The translations under genes were made by a program, and so were the position numbers. DNA of 64,000 nt from assembly GCA_951406725.2 (NCBI GenBank), contig OX597823.1, positions 58,962,001 through 59,026,000 of the forward strand, written 5' to 3'. Below the pieces are notes generated by a model. That model was not told the DNA's origin. It did not search any database and worked only from the letters and a program-made list of their open reading frames with translations. Below, in pieces: positions 41,705 through 57,132 of this stretch. The stretch comes from Octopus vulgaris. Its lineage: Eukaryota. How positions within the stretch are numbered: position 1 is the stretch's first letter; every line of letters starts with the position of its first letter.

Positions 41705-41881
41705 GAACTGTTGCTGCTCATGTATTTTAATTTAACTTTAAAAAAAAAAAAAAAAAAAAATGAACGAACCACTGAGTTTGGTTTAATGGCCTACCAATAT
41801 ACACTATGAGTTTCTTTGCCCTAGGAGTCGGGAAGACACTCGGCAAGAAATGGAAGAAAATTTGAAAGAAGAAAAAAAAAG
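40688..41881 (+). mobile_element. Dong-type LINE insertion including 3' UTR, embedded in (AAT)n
   Basis: 3' UTR stem-loop tttctttgcc...ggcaagaaa; (AAT)n on both sides. Confidence 0.9.
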
Positions 41882-41907
41882 TAATAATAATAATAATAAT
41901 AATAATA

Positions 41908-41980
<73 letters not shown>

Positions 41981-42005
41981 TAATAATAATAATAATAATA
42001 ATAAT

Positions 42006-42535
42006 CTGATGCCGTACCAGTCACTGGTTCTCATGGTTTCTGATCATAAGTGATTGGAAATATTATCATCTATATGTTTTATCTTGCTATAAAAGATGAG
42101 CTACAGCAAATATTCTGCCCAATACCAAAGATTTGCTTGTCAGTTGTTTGACCCGAACCAGTTGATCATGTCTTTTGGTGGATGATGATATGTGCATATC
42201 TATTCATGAGCAGAAGTAGTCGATATGATGTGGGGGCATCATAGCTATGTGTTAAAGAGAATTCTTTGGGATCTGAGGATTCACCACTGCAAACATGGCT
42301 GTTTCATTCTTCACCCTTAAACAACCCTTATTCAGGATGTGCTACTCGACCTGAAGAAAATTTCAACTGGACTTCACTTGCAAGGTAATATACTGTTTAT
42401 CTTGATATGAGGTCCAACACGTCGCACACATATGGTTATGATGCATGTGCTTAGTGTACTCTTATCAGACGGGTAGTCTTGATGGGCATATTGATATATT
42501 ACTATCTCAGTGTCATTAAGATGGCATGCATTATC
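42006..42535 (+). mobile_element. Non-coding ~530-bp element embedded in (AAT)n; candidate Dong-dependent non-autonomous element or 3'-UTR fragment
   Basis: Complex sequence bounded sharply by (AAT)n arrays on both sides; no long ORF. Confidence 0.55.
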
Positions 42536-42541
42536 AATAAC

Positions 42542-42597
<56 letters not shown>

Positions 42598-42602
42598 CAA
42601 TG

Positions 42603-42675
<73 letters not shown>

Positions 42676-42683
42676 CAATGATA

Positions 42684-42745
<62 letters not shown>

Positions 42746-42746
<1 letters not shown>

Positions 42747-43200
42747 TACCTGGATCCTCAACACTTAACACTATCCAAGAAATAGCCCTGATAGGGACAA
42801 CCAGCATCCAGCGCAGAATACTATCAGTTCAATAATATACAAAAAAAGCTCCAAGACATTCTATTCAGCAATTAACCAGTGAAATAAACTTCCACCGGCA
42901 AGGTAGATAACCAACGCATCACTCACTCAACTTACAACAGAAGCAGTAATACAGCAAAAGACTGCACCACAGCTTGAGAGAACAGGAAAAAATAACACAT
43001 AATACCAGGAAAAGTTTACGCACTCCCAACAACAGATAAGATTACACAGTGCTGTGCACTCCCTAGCCACACAGTAGTTTATCAGTTGATGCAGTAGAAA
43101 TCTGCCTCAAACTACCAAATGCTGAACAATTACATATGGCCATTCACGTCGATTCCGGCGTATGAGTGTTTGATAGAGAGGATTTAAAAACAAAAACAAC
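42746..43200 (+). mobile_element. Third Dong-type subfamily: last 29 codons plus 3' UTR
   Basis: IPGSSTLNTIQEIALIGTTSIQRRILSVQ* aligns with IPGLPSLQEVQKIVLTGTSHVLRRALSM*; starts directly at (AAT)n. The 3' boundary is approximate. Confidence 0.8.
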
Positions 43201-43370
43201 TTTGAAAATAAAAGATGTTGCATTTATTTGCAATGTATAGATGAATATAATTTTAGTCCAGGTATGGATTTTGTTACGAAATCACTACGGGGATACTGAG
43301 GATTTTGATTTTGCTAGGAACTGAGCAAATCTCTCCCTTTCTCTCTCCCTTTTTTCTCTCTCTCTCCCTC

Positions 43371-43450
<80 letters not shown>

Positions 43451-44011
43451 CGCACTATAATTAATAATATCAGGGTAATAAAGATTTTATAAATTTTTAC
43501 TACCTGTGGCCTAGCGTGTAGAAAAATTAGTCAATAGACTATATATTATTTATATAAATACAGTGTACATTTAAACACATAAGAGGTATGTATCATAGGA
43601 TTCTTTTCACGCTAGAAGGAACAGCTAAAGTCCAAACCATTATTAGGGATAAAAACTCGAAGGTAATGAAAAATAAAAACATTTACCATCTGTCTCCTGG
43701 ATCACGGTTTTTGACCTTTTTTTTTATAGCAAATACTCACTGTATATATATGCCCAGGGTTGTCGCTCTTCGATATCACCCAGTGCGGAAGGCTAGTGGG
43801 AGACACGGAGCAAATAATGTTTTTAAAACTTTAATCGTAAGCGAGAATTTTTTCTCGACTGTAATTGCAGTGAATTTACCTTTCAAGCTAAATATGCCAC
43901 AGATATATATTTACTTAACTAAAGTTCGTTTTTCTCGTATCACCGCTTGGCGCTTATATTACTCTGTGTGTGTCTGTGTATACACACGCACATAGACACA
44001 GATATGTAGAA

Positions 44012-44053
<42 letters not shown>

Positions 44054-44322
44054 GTGTAATAAATAAAATATATGCATACATACAAACATATATGTACGTA
44101 CCTACATCTACATGTATATATACATGCATATATAAATATATATACGTGTGTACAGGACACCACAAATAGACGTAGAACTCAACGAGAAACGAAAACGTAA
44201 AAACAGCATGGAACGGACCATTTTTTTAACAACGAAAAAACAGATTACAAGACAACTACACAAGGAAAAATCCCCTTCATCATATATATATATATACATA
44301 TATGTGTGTCTGTGTGTGTGTG

Positions 44323-44397
44323 TGCTTCACCACATACCAAAAATATAGGAATAGCTGTTTTAACAGCTATTCCTAGATTTTGGAATGTGGTGAAGCA
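44323..44397. repeat. Palindromic inversion junction in the 6880/22914 repeat family
   Basis: tgcttcaccacataccaaaaatataggaatagctgtt vs aacagctattcctagattttggaatgtggtgaagca. Confidence 0.85.
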
Positions 44398-44550
44398 ACA
44401 TTTTGCTAAACCCTTAATTATATCTATAATTGTAAAAAAAACATTTTGTATAAGTTTTTACCGATAATGGTTTCTTCCATACCGAAGCTACTTGGTAAAA
44501 TTTATTAATTATTATATATAAATATATATATATATAGAGAGAGAGAGAGA

Positions 44551-44640
<90 letters not shown>

Positions 44641-44922
44641 CTAATCGTGTAGGTTCCCATTTCGTCTTATTTTAGGCTCATCATCACGACAACATACGAA
44701 GTTTTAAAGTGAGGCCATCTAAAGTAATTTAAGTGTTGAAATAAAAGCTGATCGATTTTCTTTTTTCTTAACAGTGAAGAAAAGAAGGGATGAATGATTT
44801 AGATATAAAGAAAAAAATTGTTACATGGTCCTTAAAAATATTCTGCATGCTTGCTATTTGTCAAGCTCTGGTGGGGGGCAAACAGAAAGACACAAGCACA
44901 TACACCCCTGAACACACACACG

Positions 44923-44953
<31 letters not shown>

Positions 44954-45418
44954 TCATGTATGGTATGTTCCCGTTTACCAAATCCAGTGACAAGGCTTTG
45001 TTCGGCCCGGAGGTATAATAGATGACGCCACATAATTCAGTTCTGCGAAGTGGGACTGAACCTGAAACTAGGTGTTTGAGTAAAAATGTTTTTCATCACA
45101 ATGCCTATACATGCATATGTACACTTCCACACTTTTACAAGTGTATGTATACCTGTACGCTAACATATATCACTCTATTATCTCTCATACAGTTAAAACT
45201 TGTGCTCCCTTCAAGACATTGATACACTCCTTTACATCGATGTACACAACTGCCCCGTTTTCTCTTCTGAACTCCCTCTTCGAAAAACATTCCCACTTAG
45301 TCTCAAACCCTTCACACATTTTTTTCTTTCTCACATCCATGCTGCTTCTTTCTTTTCTTCCTTTTATTTTCTATTTTTTCACTTTTCTTTCTTTCCATCC
45401 TTCTTTCTTTCTTTCTTA

Positions 45419-45480
<62 letters not shown>

Positions 45481-45486
45481 GTTGTT

Positions 45487-45522
45487 CCTTCTGATGAAGC
45501 ACTTAAGTCCGACATGATAAGA
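45487..45522 (+). ncRNA. Degenerate hammerhead-like motif related to 29805
   Basis: cctt-CTGATGA-a-gcac ttaa gtcc-GACA-tgat-aaga; downstream gcgttaagctaatac resembles gggtcaaactaatac after 29843. Confidence 0.4.
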
Positions 45523-45702
45523 CACTTTCATTTCCCATTAAAGCGTTAAGCTAATACCTTATTTGTCAAACTTTGTTTCTCCCCGCAGTCTTTATTAATG
45601 TTTATCGTACTCACACTACTTGAATAAGTATAGGTATACATACATACATACATAATTCATATATATGTATATATTCATATACATATATATATATATGCAT
45701 TT

Positions 45703-45763
<61 letters not shown>

Positions 45764-45928
45764 CATATACATATATATATGTATATATATATTTGCATCC
45801 CTATATAAGTATATATCTTTATGTATAAAAATACACACACACACACACGTATATAGATATATATATTTATATTTGTATATATATATGTACATATTTGTAT
45901 ATACATTTGTAGATATATATACATACCT

Positions 45929-46000
<72 letters not shown>

Positions 46001-46776
46001 ACATAAATATATATATTAATATGTATGTATGTATGTATGTATGTATAAAGATTTAAATAAGTTCAAATAAGTTTGAAACATATCTGACTTGTAAAAAGCT
46101 GTTTCAGTGAGATATTGGCAATAGGGATTAAAAACACCAGCACTCATTTCCTGGTACCCTTTTTGGGGTACGATGGATGCATTTCTAGCTACTTGGCTAT
46201 AATGATGAATGCATATATATGATACTCACAAATAGACACGCACAAACATACACACACACTCACAGACATACACACACATTCACAGACACACACAAACGTA
46301 CACAAACACAAATAAATATATATGCATACATACGTATGTACACATATATATCAAGGTACTTTAGCAAGCTATGTCCGAGATTTTCTGCGAAAATGTGAAA
46401 CTGCAATTAAACTGTAATCTCGTTTTCCTTTTTATTAAACATTTCGCTTTTTGCTTCTTGCATTCTTTCCTTTTCTTTCTTTCTTCTTTCCTTTCATCCT
46501 TTCTTTTTTTCTTTCTTTTTTTCTTCTTTCCTTTCTTCCTTTCACTCTTCTTTTATTTAAATTCGAAATTGCAATACAGCACAGGTACCAGTGGCTTCAT
46601 CCCGAAGTGAAAATCTTTGAAATAGATTACACTGTCAGGCTGAAACCGGTGATCATTTTTTGGTATTGAACATTCCATTTTCAACAATAAATAGATAAAT
46701 ATGATATATGATATGATATGGCATAATATGTATGTATATATATATATATATACACGTGTGTAATAAATTTTTTCAT

Positions 46777-46846
<70 letters not shown>

Positions 46847-47094
46847 AAAGTATATTTATATATATAATGAATGAATGTTTTAATTGTTTTTTCTTAAATA
46901 CCCATATCTGAAATAATTATGCGAAATAATCTTGTCTGTGACACCATCAGAATATCTTTTGTTTTCAATTCATCAGAAACCTTACAACTGAAACTAATTA
47001 AATTCTTAATGTTAGGAAACAATATATAAGTATAATTTTTATTTGTTAGTCTTGAATATATGTTGTATATGATGAAAGTGTAAAGTATATGTGC

Positions 47095-47137
<43 letters not shown>

Positions 47138-47286
47138 TGTATGCATGTGTGTATCATAAATGTATGTATATATTTGTGTTTAGATAAATATATATGCATG
47201 TGTATATAGATTTTTCACAACTTAAATATTTTTTATTGTACTAAAAGATGTTTTTTTCTTTTCACACCCCTTAGCTCACTTCTGTC

Positions 47287-47323
<37 letters not shown>

Positions 47324-47838
47324 ATCTCTCTTTCATTTTCTCAATCTTTCGTTCCCCCTCCCTCTCTCCCTCTTTCCCTTAAACTATTTATTTATTCATA
47401 TTTTCCGTTCATTGCTGTTATTGTTGCCATTATTGTTCCTCAAAAAAAAAAAAAGATAAAGAAAATTTAGCTATATTTAAAAGTAAAATTTAAAAATAAG
47501 AAAAACTTACTGAATAATTGTTTATGTTTATTTAATTTTTTTTTCTTTCTAGATATTTTCGACATTGAAGTCTTTCATCATTATATAGTTCATTTAGTTT
47601 TTGTCATAAATCTTATGATTTTTTTTCTTTTGGTGGTAGCTTAATATTGTTTTGAATTGTTTCTTTTCAATTTACTTGACAGTAAATGAAAAAACCGTAG
47701 TCCATTCTTAAAATGAAACATAGATTAATTTGAAGAAGTCCCATTGTTCTGATTGAAATCTCATTTACATGATAAAAAATTCTTGAAAAATAATAAGACG
47801 AAACAAAAAATATGCAAAGACTGAAATGACAAAGAAGA

Positions 47839-47905
<67 letters not shown>

Positions 47906-48153
47906 AGGTATATATGTATATATGTATATATATATATGCTTGTGTGTGTGTGTGTGTTCGTGTATGCGCGCGAGCATGCTGTGTGTGTGCGTGTGTATAT
48001 TTTTGCATGTATATTTTGTGTGCGTGTAGACATACGAAATTGTATGAAAACTGAGGAAAAGTACTCAATACTGAAATTGCAGTGTGAAATCTATATTAGG
48101 CTGAAACATTTGGATCCTGTGAATACATATGCATATATCTATATCTATATCTA

Positions 48154-48272
<119 letters not shown>

Positions 48273-48501
48273 ATATATATATATATATATTTGGTTTTCA
48301 GGTATAGAACTGCAGGTATAGTGGGGAAGTAACGTGCAGTTAAATTACGTATAGATTCACCGATACAACAAATACATCTGCTCATTCGTCTACGTACTAC
48401 TGTGACTGGTTCTGAAGACGACGTATAGAGACAATTTCTGCACGTATCACCATATTTATAAATACATACATACATAAACATATATCGATGTACATATATA
48501 C

Positions 48502-48556
<55 letters not shown>

Positions 48557-48599
48557 CACACACACACACATATATATATATCCATGTATATTCACACAC

Positions 48600-48634
<35 letters not shown>

Positions 48635-51600
48635 TAAGTATATATACACACACATATGTATATATATATATTTGTTTTTGTGACAGAATTTCTCAGAAAT
48701 TAACAAATATATTATGCTGATTGTGTTGCAGACAAAATTATTTCGCACAATTGTATTAGATTTGGATAATTTAAGAAAAAACAGTTTAAACTATCATTTT
48801 TTTAATTTTCTATATATTTTACTAATACATCCCCCACCCAAAAATTGTTTTGATATATATACGTATATAATATTATATATATTAAAACCGATAATTCACA
48901 TTTCTTAACTCTGTCTTCAATATCTTCGTTATTTTCTTCGCATTTTTCTGTCATATGCCTGCATTACTCTATCCTATATATGCCCTCGCCTCTTTGTAGA
49001 AACCTGCGCCCACGTGTCCATATATACATTGGTAGGTGTTGTGTGGACGCCCCCAGACGATGAAGTAGGATAGCCCAATACGTAGATATAGAGCGAGAAG
49101 CCTAGACGTCAGGAGGACAGCAGAGAAGAGTAGAGAAGAGTTGAGTAGTAGAGGCATCCGAACGTGTGTCATAACAGTGGCAACGAGGAAGAGATAGCAC
49201 CTGCCCCTGTGTAATATTGCGACATAACAGTAGGTATATACGTTCGAAAGCATATATCATTATTGATGTCAGTCTAACAGAATATTTTTAAAGTTTGTTG
49301 TCTTTCACACTTGCTTTAATATTTTTATGAGGCATGCAAATGCATAAACCCCCATTCTTTTTCCTCTCCTTTTTCAAATCCATCGTACATTAAAACTATT
49401 TTATGCTTCCGCTTTTACTTCTATGTCTATATTTGTAGGTATAAGAAATACTTATTTTCATAATTACTACGTATTTCGTATAGCTACAAATGATAGACTA
49501 ATGAAAGTTACAAGTATAAAAATAGATTTAGAGTACAATGCATTAGGAAAATTGCGACCAAATATGAAAGATATTGGAATAAGAAATAGCTATGGTATCT
49601 CCCATATTGAATTGCTATTTTTCGTATTTTCCTTAACTTTTTATACTAGTCTACAGTAGCTTGACAAAATAGGATCTTCTAGTCCTGTGTTTCCTATATA
49701 TTCAAAATAAAGGATGTAATGTTGGACTTTGCACATTTACTTCAAAATTGGAGGCATACAGCTCTAAGTCACGAGATGTGATATATTAGCTTTATTGAAT
49801 ATATGACAGTCAAACTTCGTTATCGAGTCATTTTCCTCCTTCTTATCAACACTAATGTGTATCCATGCACACATATACATATATATACAAAATATTTTAC
49901 ATATACGTATACATGTAAGTATATAGATGAGTTTCTCGTGTAGACGTGTAGTGAACTACGACTACCAAAATGAATTCAAATTAAAATAAGCGAAACGGAG
50001 ATAAAAAAAAACGAAGTATCTTTTGATAAGTTACCAGATGAGACACATATGTACCTATGACGTACTACAACTGTTTGTACAGTATATAATCTGCAAGACA
50101 CCAGTGCATGGTGAGTCGAAACGATCGTAGTGAATAGTAAATAGTTCCGCGATTTTCCATTTTACTTCTCTTATATTTTATATATGTACATGAACTGAAC
50201 CAAATTCTCTACAAGTATTTACAACCACTTAACGTCGTGTATTTCAATTTACTTTTAATGCATTATCTATCACTTCATTCAACAATCTTATACGTAAGAT
50301 TATATTTTGTAACAGACGTGAAAAGCAAGCGCACAACATATAATACGCATTATTTAGGTATTTTCATCGAGTTGAGCATGCCGAGGTTGAATATAGACGT
50401 TCGACAGTGCCACTTGGAGCCTTGCAGTGTATCATCTACAGACTGTTTAATTCCAGAGACTAATCAGTACATGAATATCATTCAGCTGCCGTCTACTCAT
50501 TCTTCGACGCCAACTAGGAAATGCCCGACTTGCTTTTACCCTTCCATTTTGTTTTCGAATTATCCCTATATTTGAATCAATGGATCATTCCTATCACACT
50601 TCGATTCCAATTTCAGTAACATGATATCAGTAAAGGGGTACTGGAATAAATAGATATGAAGTGCCAGCTGTCTTAACCATAAATGACTTGTCCCATGGCA
50701 CTGAATGGCGTTCCGAAGAACATCACACCCGTATCTTGGTACGCCATACTAACACAAACAAAGCACATATACATACATACAAAAATCCCCTGTTGATATT
50801 GTTGAAATTCCAATGATGGAGCCTTGGATCTAGGTCAGAAACCGGCTCCTTCTCTTTTGGCAAGAAATCTTGAAATAAAACTGAATCATGACATGCATAC
50901 ATCAACATGGTGTCGAATTTAGATGCGTTGTCTTAGAGGAGTATTTATTGCCCCAGATAATGAATACTATCCCCTATAATATTTGTCATTAATAGATAGA
51001 TACATGTAGATAAAAGAAATAGTTAGTAAAAGAAATAGTTAATTTCTTTGAGAAAATGCAAAGAAACGATCTTCTTTTTTTCAAATGGAAAAATTACTCT
51101 ACATGCACCATGACGACGAGTAGAACCAAGCCCTATAGCAGATCTACAGAAAGATAGGCTGCATGAAGAAAATTTAAAGAATATTGGGGTAAAAAAATAC
51201 GCAACATACTCGAAAATTCAGCAAAACAATTACACCAAAAAGCTATATGTGTTGAAAGGAAATATGTCACCTTGTCAAATAGAAGGACACAGCCAAATTG
51301 CATTAATACATACATACATACATACATACATATGATATAGGATTCGGTGCTTTAGTAGCTACTGTTGATGATTTGTCATTTACGATGAAATGACGTAATA
51401 CAATAGACCCACCTGCCTGTGCTGACCATACAATCAGTGCTATTTAACACCTAATATCTATGGGAGATTTCCCAGGATGGTCATCGCTGTCTACAGAGTT
51501 CTGAACAACACAACCAGTTAAGTTGGATCTGCAAATTCATGTACGTGTGTGTGTGTGTGTGAATTTGTGATAGCACATGGCCTAATGCTTAAGATGCTGA

Positions 51601-51960
51601 ACTCATTATCACGAGATCGTGGTTTAAATTCCTGGCCCTGCTGGTGTGTTGTGCTTTTGAGCAAGACAATTCATCTCAAGCAGCCCTACGAACACTTTCA
51701 CAACTGACCTTTGTTAAACCGTGAGGCTGTTCAGATGACGTCGATTTCATGGAGAGAGTGAGGGAATGTATTGCACAAACATTTCATCACAATAAACAAA
51801 TGATTCTTTTGCAGGTCTTTCATAAAAAATTGAACATTCATAGGTCGTCTTCGATAGGTGATTCTGTCATATTTGTGTATTTGAGCGTATGCGTGTGTGA
51901 GTGTGTGTATGTGTGCGTGGGTGTGCATACATACATACATACATATATACATACATATAC

Positions 51961-52027
<67 letters not shown>

Positions 52028-52210
52028 GGGCATTACTATTAATAAATGCCTCACGCTAGGAGGGACTCTAAAAGTAAAAACTACCATAATAAATGAGCAC
52101 ATTGTACCGAATGCGAGGGAATGCAACTCTCGAAGCGAGCCTTTTAAAAACAGATTCACCTACAGATCACATGATTTCATAATTAGTGCACAAAATGCTC
52201 TTTTTAATCG

Positions 52211-52249
<39 letters not shown>

Positions 52250-52279
52250 TATGTATGTATGTATGTATTTAAGTGGCTG

Positions 52280-52485
52280 TGTTTATCCACCCACCATTGC
52301 TTAACACCGATGTTGGTGAGTTTACGTCCCCGTACGCTAGCGGTTCGGCAAAAGAGACCGAGAGAATAAGTACTAGGCTTACAAAGGTGTAAGTCCTGGA
52401 GGCGTTTTGTTAAAATAAAAGCGGAAGTCCAGCATGGCTGCAGTCAAATCACTGAGACAAGTAAAAATAAGAGAATAAAAGAATA
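52280..52485 (+). mobile_element. SINE family A, 3' half
   Basis: tagcggttcggcaaaagagaccg...ccagcatggctgcagtcaaa. Confidence 0.8.
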
Positions 52486-52984
52486 TATAAAACTACAGCC
52501 GTTATACATATTCAATCGGGTTCGACTTCGTTTCCCCTTATACCGTGGTACACTAATTTCCTTTATATACCCATCTTCTCATGAGTAGGCACAAGCACGC
52601 CGTTAGAACTTCCCTCGGTGACCGAGCGGAATATTCCAAATTCGACAGCTAGGTGGGGGTAGAGTTCTACATTAGTACTAGGCTAGAACGTTATTTATCA
52701 ACCAAAACTGTGGGTGGCGAGGAAAAAGGAAACCCGAAATAAATGCTGCAACCTATTATTTTTGAAGTTGTAACTACTTTTGCAACATCTACTGCCTCTA
52801 TGCTCTATATGTGTCTATATGTATATTCTTGTATTCATGTACGTGTTGATATATATATATCTACATGTATCTACCAATTTACCTATATGTGATCACCGTG
52901 ACCGACCAGGTTATCAGATGCTGCTCCACATCGCTGATCACATTGTTTTAGCCTTCAAATGAAGCCACCCTGCTGGCTGAAGTG

Positions 52985-53140
52985 AGCAGGCCAACAGAAG
53001 AAAGAATGAGAGAAAGCTGTGGCGAAAGAGCACAGCAGGGACCACCACCATCCCCTGCCGTTTTCGCTCAATAAACACTTACAACGCCCGGCCTGGGAAT
53101 CGAAACCGCGATCCTATAATCACGAGTCCGCTGCCCTCCA
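52985..53140 (-). mobile_element. SINE family B-related, internally deleted
   Basis: cgctcaataaacact...cgcccggcctgggaatcgaaaccgcgatcctat...gagtccgctgccct. Confidence 0.75.
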
Positions 53141-53154
53141 CATTTACCTATATG

Positions 53155-53190
<36 letters not shown>

Positions 53191-53201
53191 GAGAGAGAGA
53201 G

Positions 53202-53251
<50 letters not shown>

Positions 53252-53741
53252 GAACAGAATCTATATTAATTAAATACTCACATTGTTAAACTCCCACTAT
53301 TTGTAACATTGCAGTAAATCCAACTGAGAGATACTTGGAGGTATTAACATCATCATTAAACGATCATAAAGATAGAATGCATAAAAGAAGAAAGCATATG
53401 TTTGACATATAATTCCTATGATCAACAGCTGTTTCATAAGGATGTACACCACCAAATGCCTAATTAAATGATTGTGATACATAAGTAATTTAATTTGAAT
53501 TAAAATAAATTAGATTGATTTGAAATGCCTAAATTTTTAAAGTATATTTACGCAAACCATCAGCACTGTTGTGTTACATTAAATAGAACACCATTATTTG
53601 TTTAAATACATCGAGATAGAAACATTATAAAGAAGAGAAAAACAGCACGAAGATATAAGTAAATGTACAAATACAGATATACACATACACACATACATAC
53701 ATACACACATATATACATACACACATACATACATATATACA

Positions 53742-53777
<36 letters not shown>

Positions 53778-54265
53778 TATATAGCTGTAGATATATTCAC
53801 ATGCACGCTTACATATCTATCTATATATCTATCTATCTATCTCTATATGTACATATACATATATAAATACATAGACGCTTACACACGCGCATATGTATAT
53901 GCAGATATGTATGTGCGTGGATATAAATATATGTACACCATGTTACGTCAAAGTTGCGAATATATCATATGCGTAAAACATAGAACATTGAAAAGAAATA
54001 ATTCCTGTCAATTAAACGTGCTTAAAATCAGATTCCGTTGCTTCAGAGAAGCGTTTGAAGTTATGTAATTGCAAAGTTAAATCTTTGAAGAATGATTGCA
54101 TTAACCTAGTCATTTCGAATGTTCATTTTATTTTGTTGAGATCACTAGAAACATTAATATTTCAAAAATATGCTTGTATGTGTTGGCGAGGGAGAAAGCA
54201 GGTTTGACGATAGAGGAGAAAATATTATTGTATTTCAATGTAATGAACACATTTTTTGCAGTAAA

Positions 54266-54342
<77 letters not shown>

Positions 54343-55226
54343 TAATGTAATAGATTTCATTAACGACTGAAATTTCTGGAAAATTTGAATTTAAATTTAA
54401 TCTTAGTACTCACTGAAATTTTCACCAGTTTTATTCGTCAGTGAAAGTCCATTATGCTAATATTTTTGTCCGGCGTGCAAACAACTCTGCCAGCTCGCCA
54501 TCTTTAAAATAATTATATTCAACATTGCCGCTTTTCAACTTAGTCACATATAGCTGAACCTCACTAAATACTGCAAGGCACTGTAGCATTTCTGCCATTC
54601 TATCACCACCCTAAATATATATATTATTGACTGACATTTTAGAGAAATTTGAAATTGTCAAACTTTTGCAATCGTTGCTATCTTAAAGATTATTTGTAAT
54701 AGAATGTTTTCGCTTTTAGGTTATTTTAATAAACGTTTTCTGAATAATTTGAGAAAGATTTTTAAAGAAATACAACAATTTGAAGCTATCTATAATTAAA
54801 AAGTACCTCAATCTTATCGAAACTGTTTCTAAATTCCCTATAGTTTCTGTGTTGTTTCCCTATGAAATTTGTAAGAAATTTGGACTTACTCTGATAATTT
54901 TTCGGGAAAAATAAAGCAGTAAGATTTTAAAATCGCCGGATATATTATGAAGAGATATTTCTTTCCTATCATCTTCAATAAACATTTGATTTCATTTCCA
55001 CCTCATTGCAAACATTCAGGATGGGTTTTGGCTGAAGGTTATAGAAGAAGAAAGCAAAGTAAGCAGAATAAATCGGATTTATGAATTGACACAGGCTAGA
55101 ATCGGTAAAGAATTGGTCGGTGATGTCAGATCTGACAACATTGTGGTCTCACTGATAGGATCACGCGGCAGTAAAATGGTTAGATGGTATGCTGTGTGGC
55201 AAACAACATTTGTCTTATAAAAGCAA

Positions 55227-55281
<55 letters not shown>

Positions 55282-55717
55282 CTGTGGAAAGAGGAGCATG
55301 AGAGGCATTCAAAAGATAATGCTGATAATGATGATGATGGTGACGAGGAGGAAGAGGAGGAATAAGAGGAGGATTGTGGTGACTGTAATGGAATGGTGGT
55401 GGTGGTGATGGTGGTGATGGTGGCAGTGGTGGCAGTGGTGATTTAGGTAGGAGTGATTATGGTTGTGGCGATGATGATGATGATGAGGGCGAAGAGGATT
55501 ATAATGATGTGTAGAGGAAGTGAAGTTAAAGACAAGGAAGATAATGATGTATGACGAAAGATGTGTTTAATGCTTGCCATATCCTAAGAGGGGAAAAACG
55601 CTTTGAACAATGTTGTTTTAGATACGCTACGCCCGAATACAACGTATGTCCAGAATACCTTTCATTGGTTGTTCTACTGAACGTGGACAGAACTGGCACT
55701 AAACAGCAACAGGAATT

Positions 55718-55853
55718 ACTACTACTACAGCTACAATCACGACCACCACGACCACCACCACGACCACCACCACGACCACCAACGACCACCACCAAGACGA
55801 CCGACCACGACCACCACGACCACCACCACTACGACCACGACCACCACCACCAT

Positions 55854-55944
<91 letters not shown>

Positions 55945-55985
55945 ACTACTACTACTGCTGCTGCTGCTGCTACTACTACAGCAAC
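55718..55985. repeat. Compound trinucleotide microsatellite (ACC/ACG/ACT/GCT)
   Basis: Seen directly. Confidence 0.95.
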
Positions 55986-56116
55986 AAATGCCGTTGCAAC
56001 AGCAGCGATTATCACCAAGCACTGACATACTAAATAGATAGCAATTACGTCTCCCTCACACCACAGCGCACCGCCTTGAAGAAACGAATAAAACAGTGGC
56101 GCAAAATTTTTATACT

Positions 56117-56156
<40 letters not shown>

Positions 56157-56535
56157 TATACATATATACTCTGCTGGAAAATATGGAATACGATAGTTAC
56201 GAATGGGACACACTTTATAATGAATGTGCTCGATCAGGGCTGACCCGAGACTAAGTAATAACAATTGCAGATACGACTAACTGATCAACGAGCAAGCAGA
56301 TACTATTTTACGAACCAACTCATGTCTATTCTTCTAACATTTCCACATACCTTTCACGTCAGACATGCCCTTTCCTTGTTCTACTGGATTAATGGACGAG
56401 CTAGAGTGTTTTTTTGACGTGTCATGGAATATTTTCGTAAAAGTACAAAGAATGTAACATTTTGCTCCTTGTTAGTTTATTTTCATCTTTGCAAGAGACT
56501 ATTTTGCCGATATTATAGAAAATTCTTAGACGTCA

Positions 56536-56740
56536 AGCTGGCAGAATCGTTAGCACGCCGGACGAAATGCTAAGCTGTATTTCGTCTGCCTGAATGTTCT
56601 TAGTTCAAATTCCACCGAAGTTGACTTTGCCTTTCAAATTTTCGGGTTCGATGAAATGAATATCAATTGAACACTGGGGTCGATGTAATCGACTTACACC
56701 CACCCCACAAATTTCAGTCCTTGAGCCAAAATTCGAATTT
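56536..56740 (+). mobile_element. SINE family D
   Basis: agctggcagaatcgttagcacgccggacgaaatgc...gactttgcctttc...ggggtcgatgtaatcgac. Confidence 0.8.
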
Positions 56741-57132
56741 GATATTATAGACAATTTTGAGAGAATGAGGAAGAAAGAAACGACAGAGCGAAGGAAGGAA
56801 AACAAATCCTAGTATTTTACTCATTTATCTCGTTAACTTGTTTCAGTCATTGGACTGCGTCCGTGATGGGGCATCGCCTTGAAGCCATTAGTTAAACAAC
56901 TCTACTTCAGTAATAAACTTCTAAGTCTGCTATTTGTTCCATCTGTCTCTTTTGCCAAACCAATAATGTCAGGCACGAAACCACGTGACTGCAAAGCTGG
57001 ACACGAAACCACTTGATTGCAAAGCGACATTCTTAACTACACAGCCATGCCTATTAATTAATACAGTTCATTATTTACACTATTTACATTATTTACATTC
57101 GACGGATATTTGTCCTCATCTTGTTCGTTGTT

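Noticed and set aside
48960-49225. Possible solo LTR (minus strand begins TGTCGCA, GC-richer)
   Set aside because: No matching CA end, TSD or second copy could be established.
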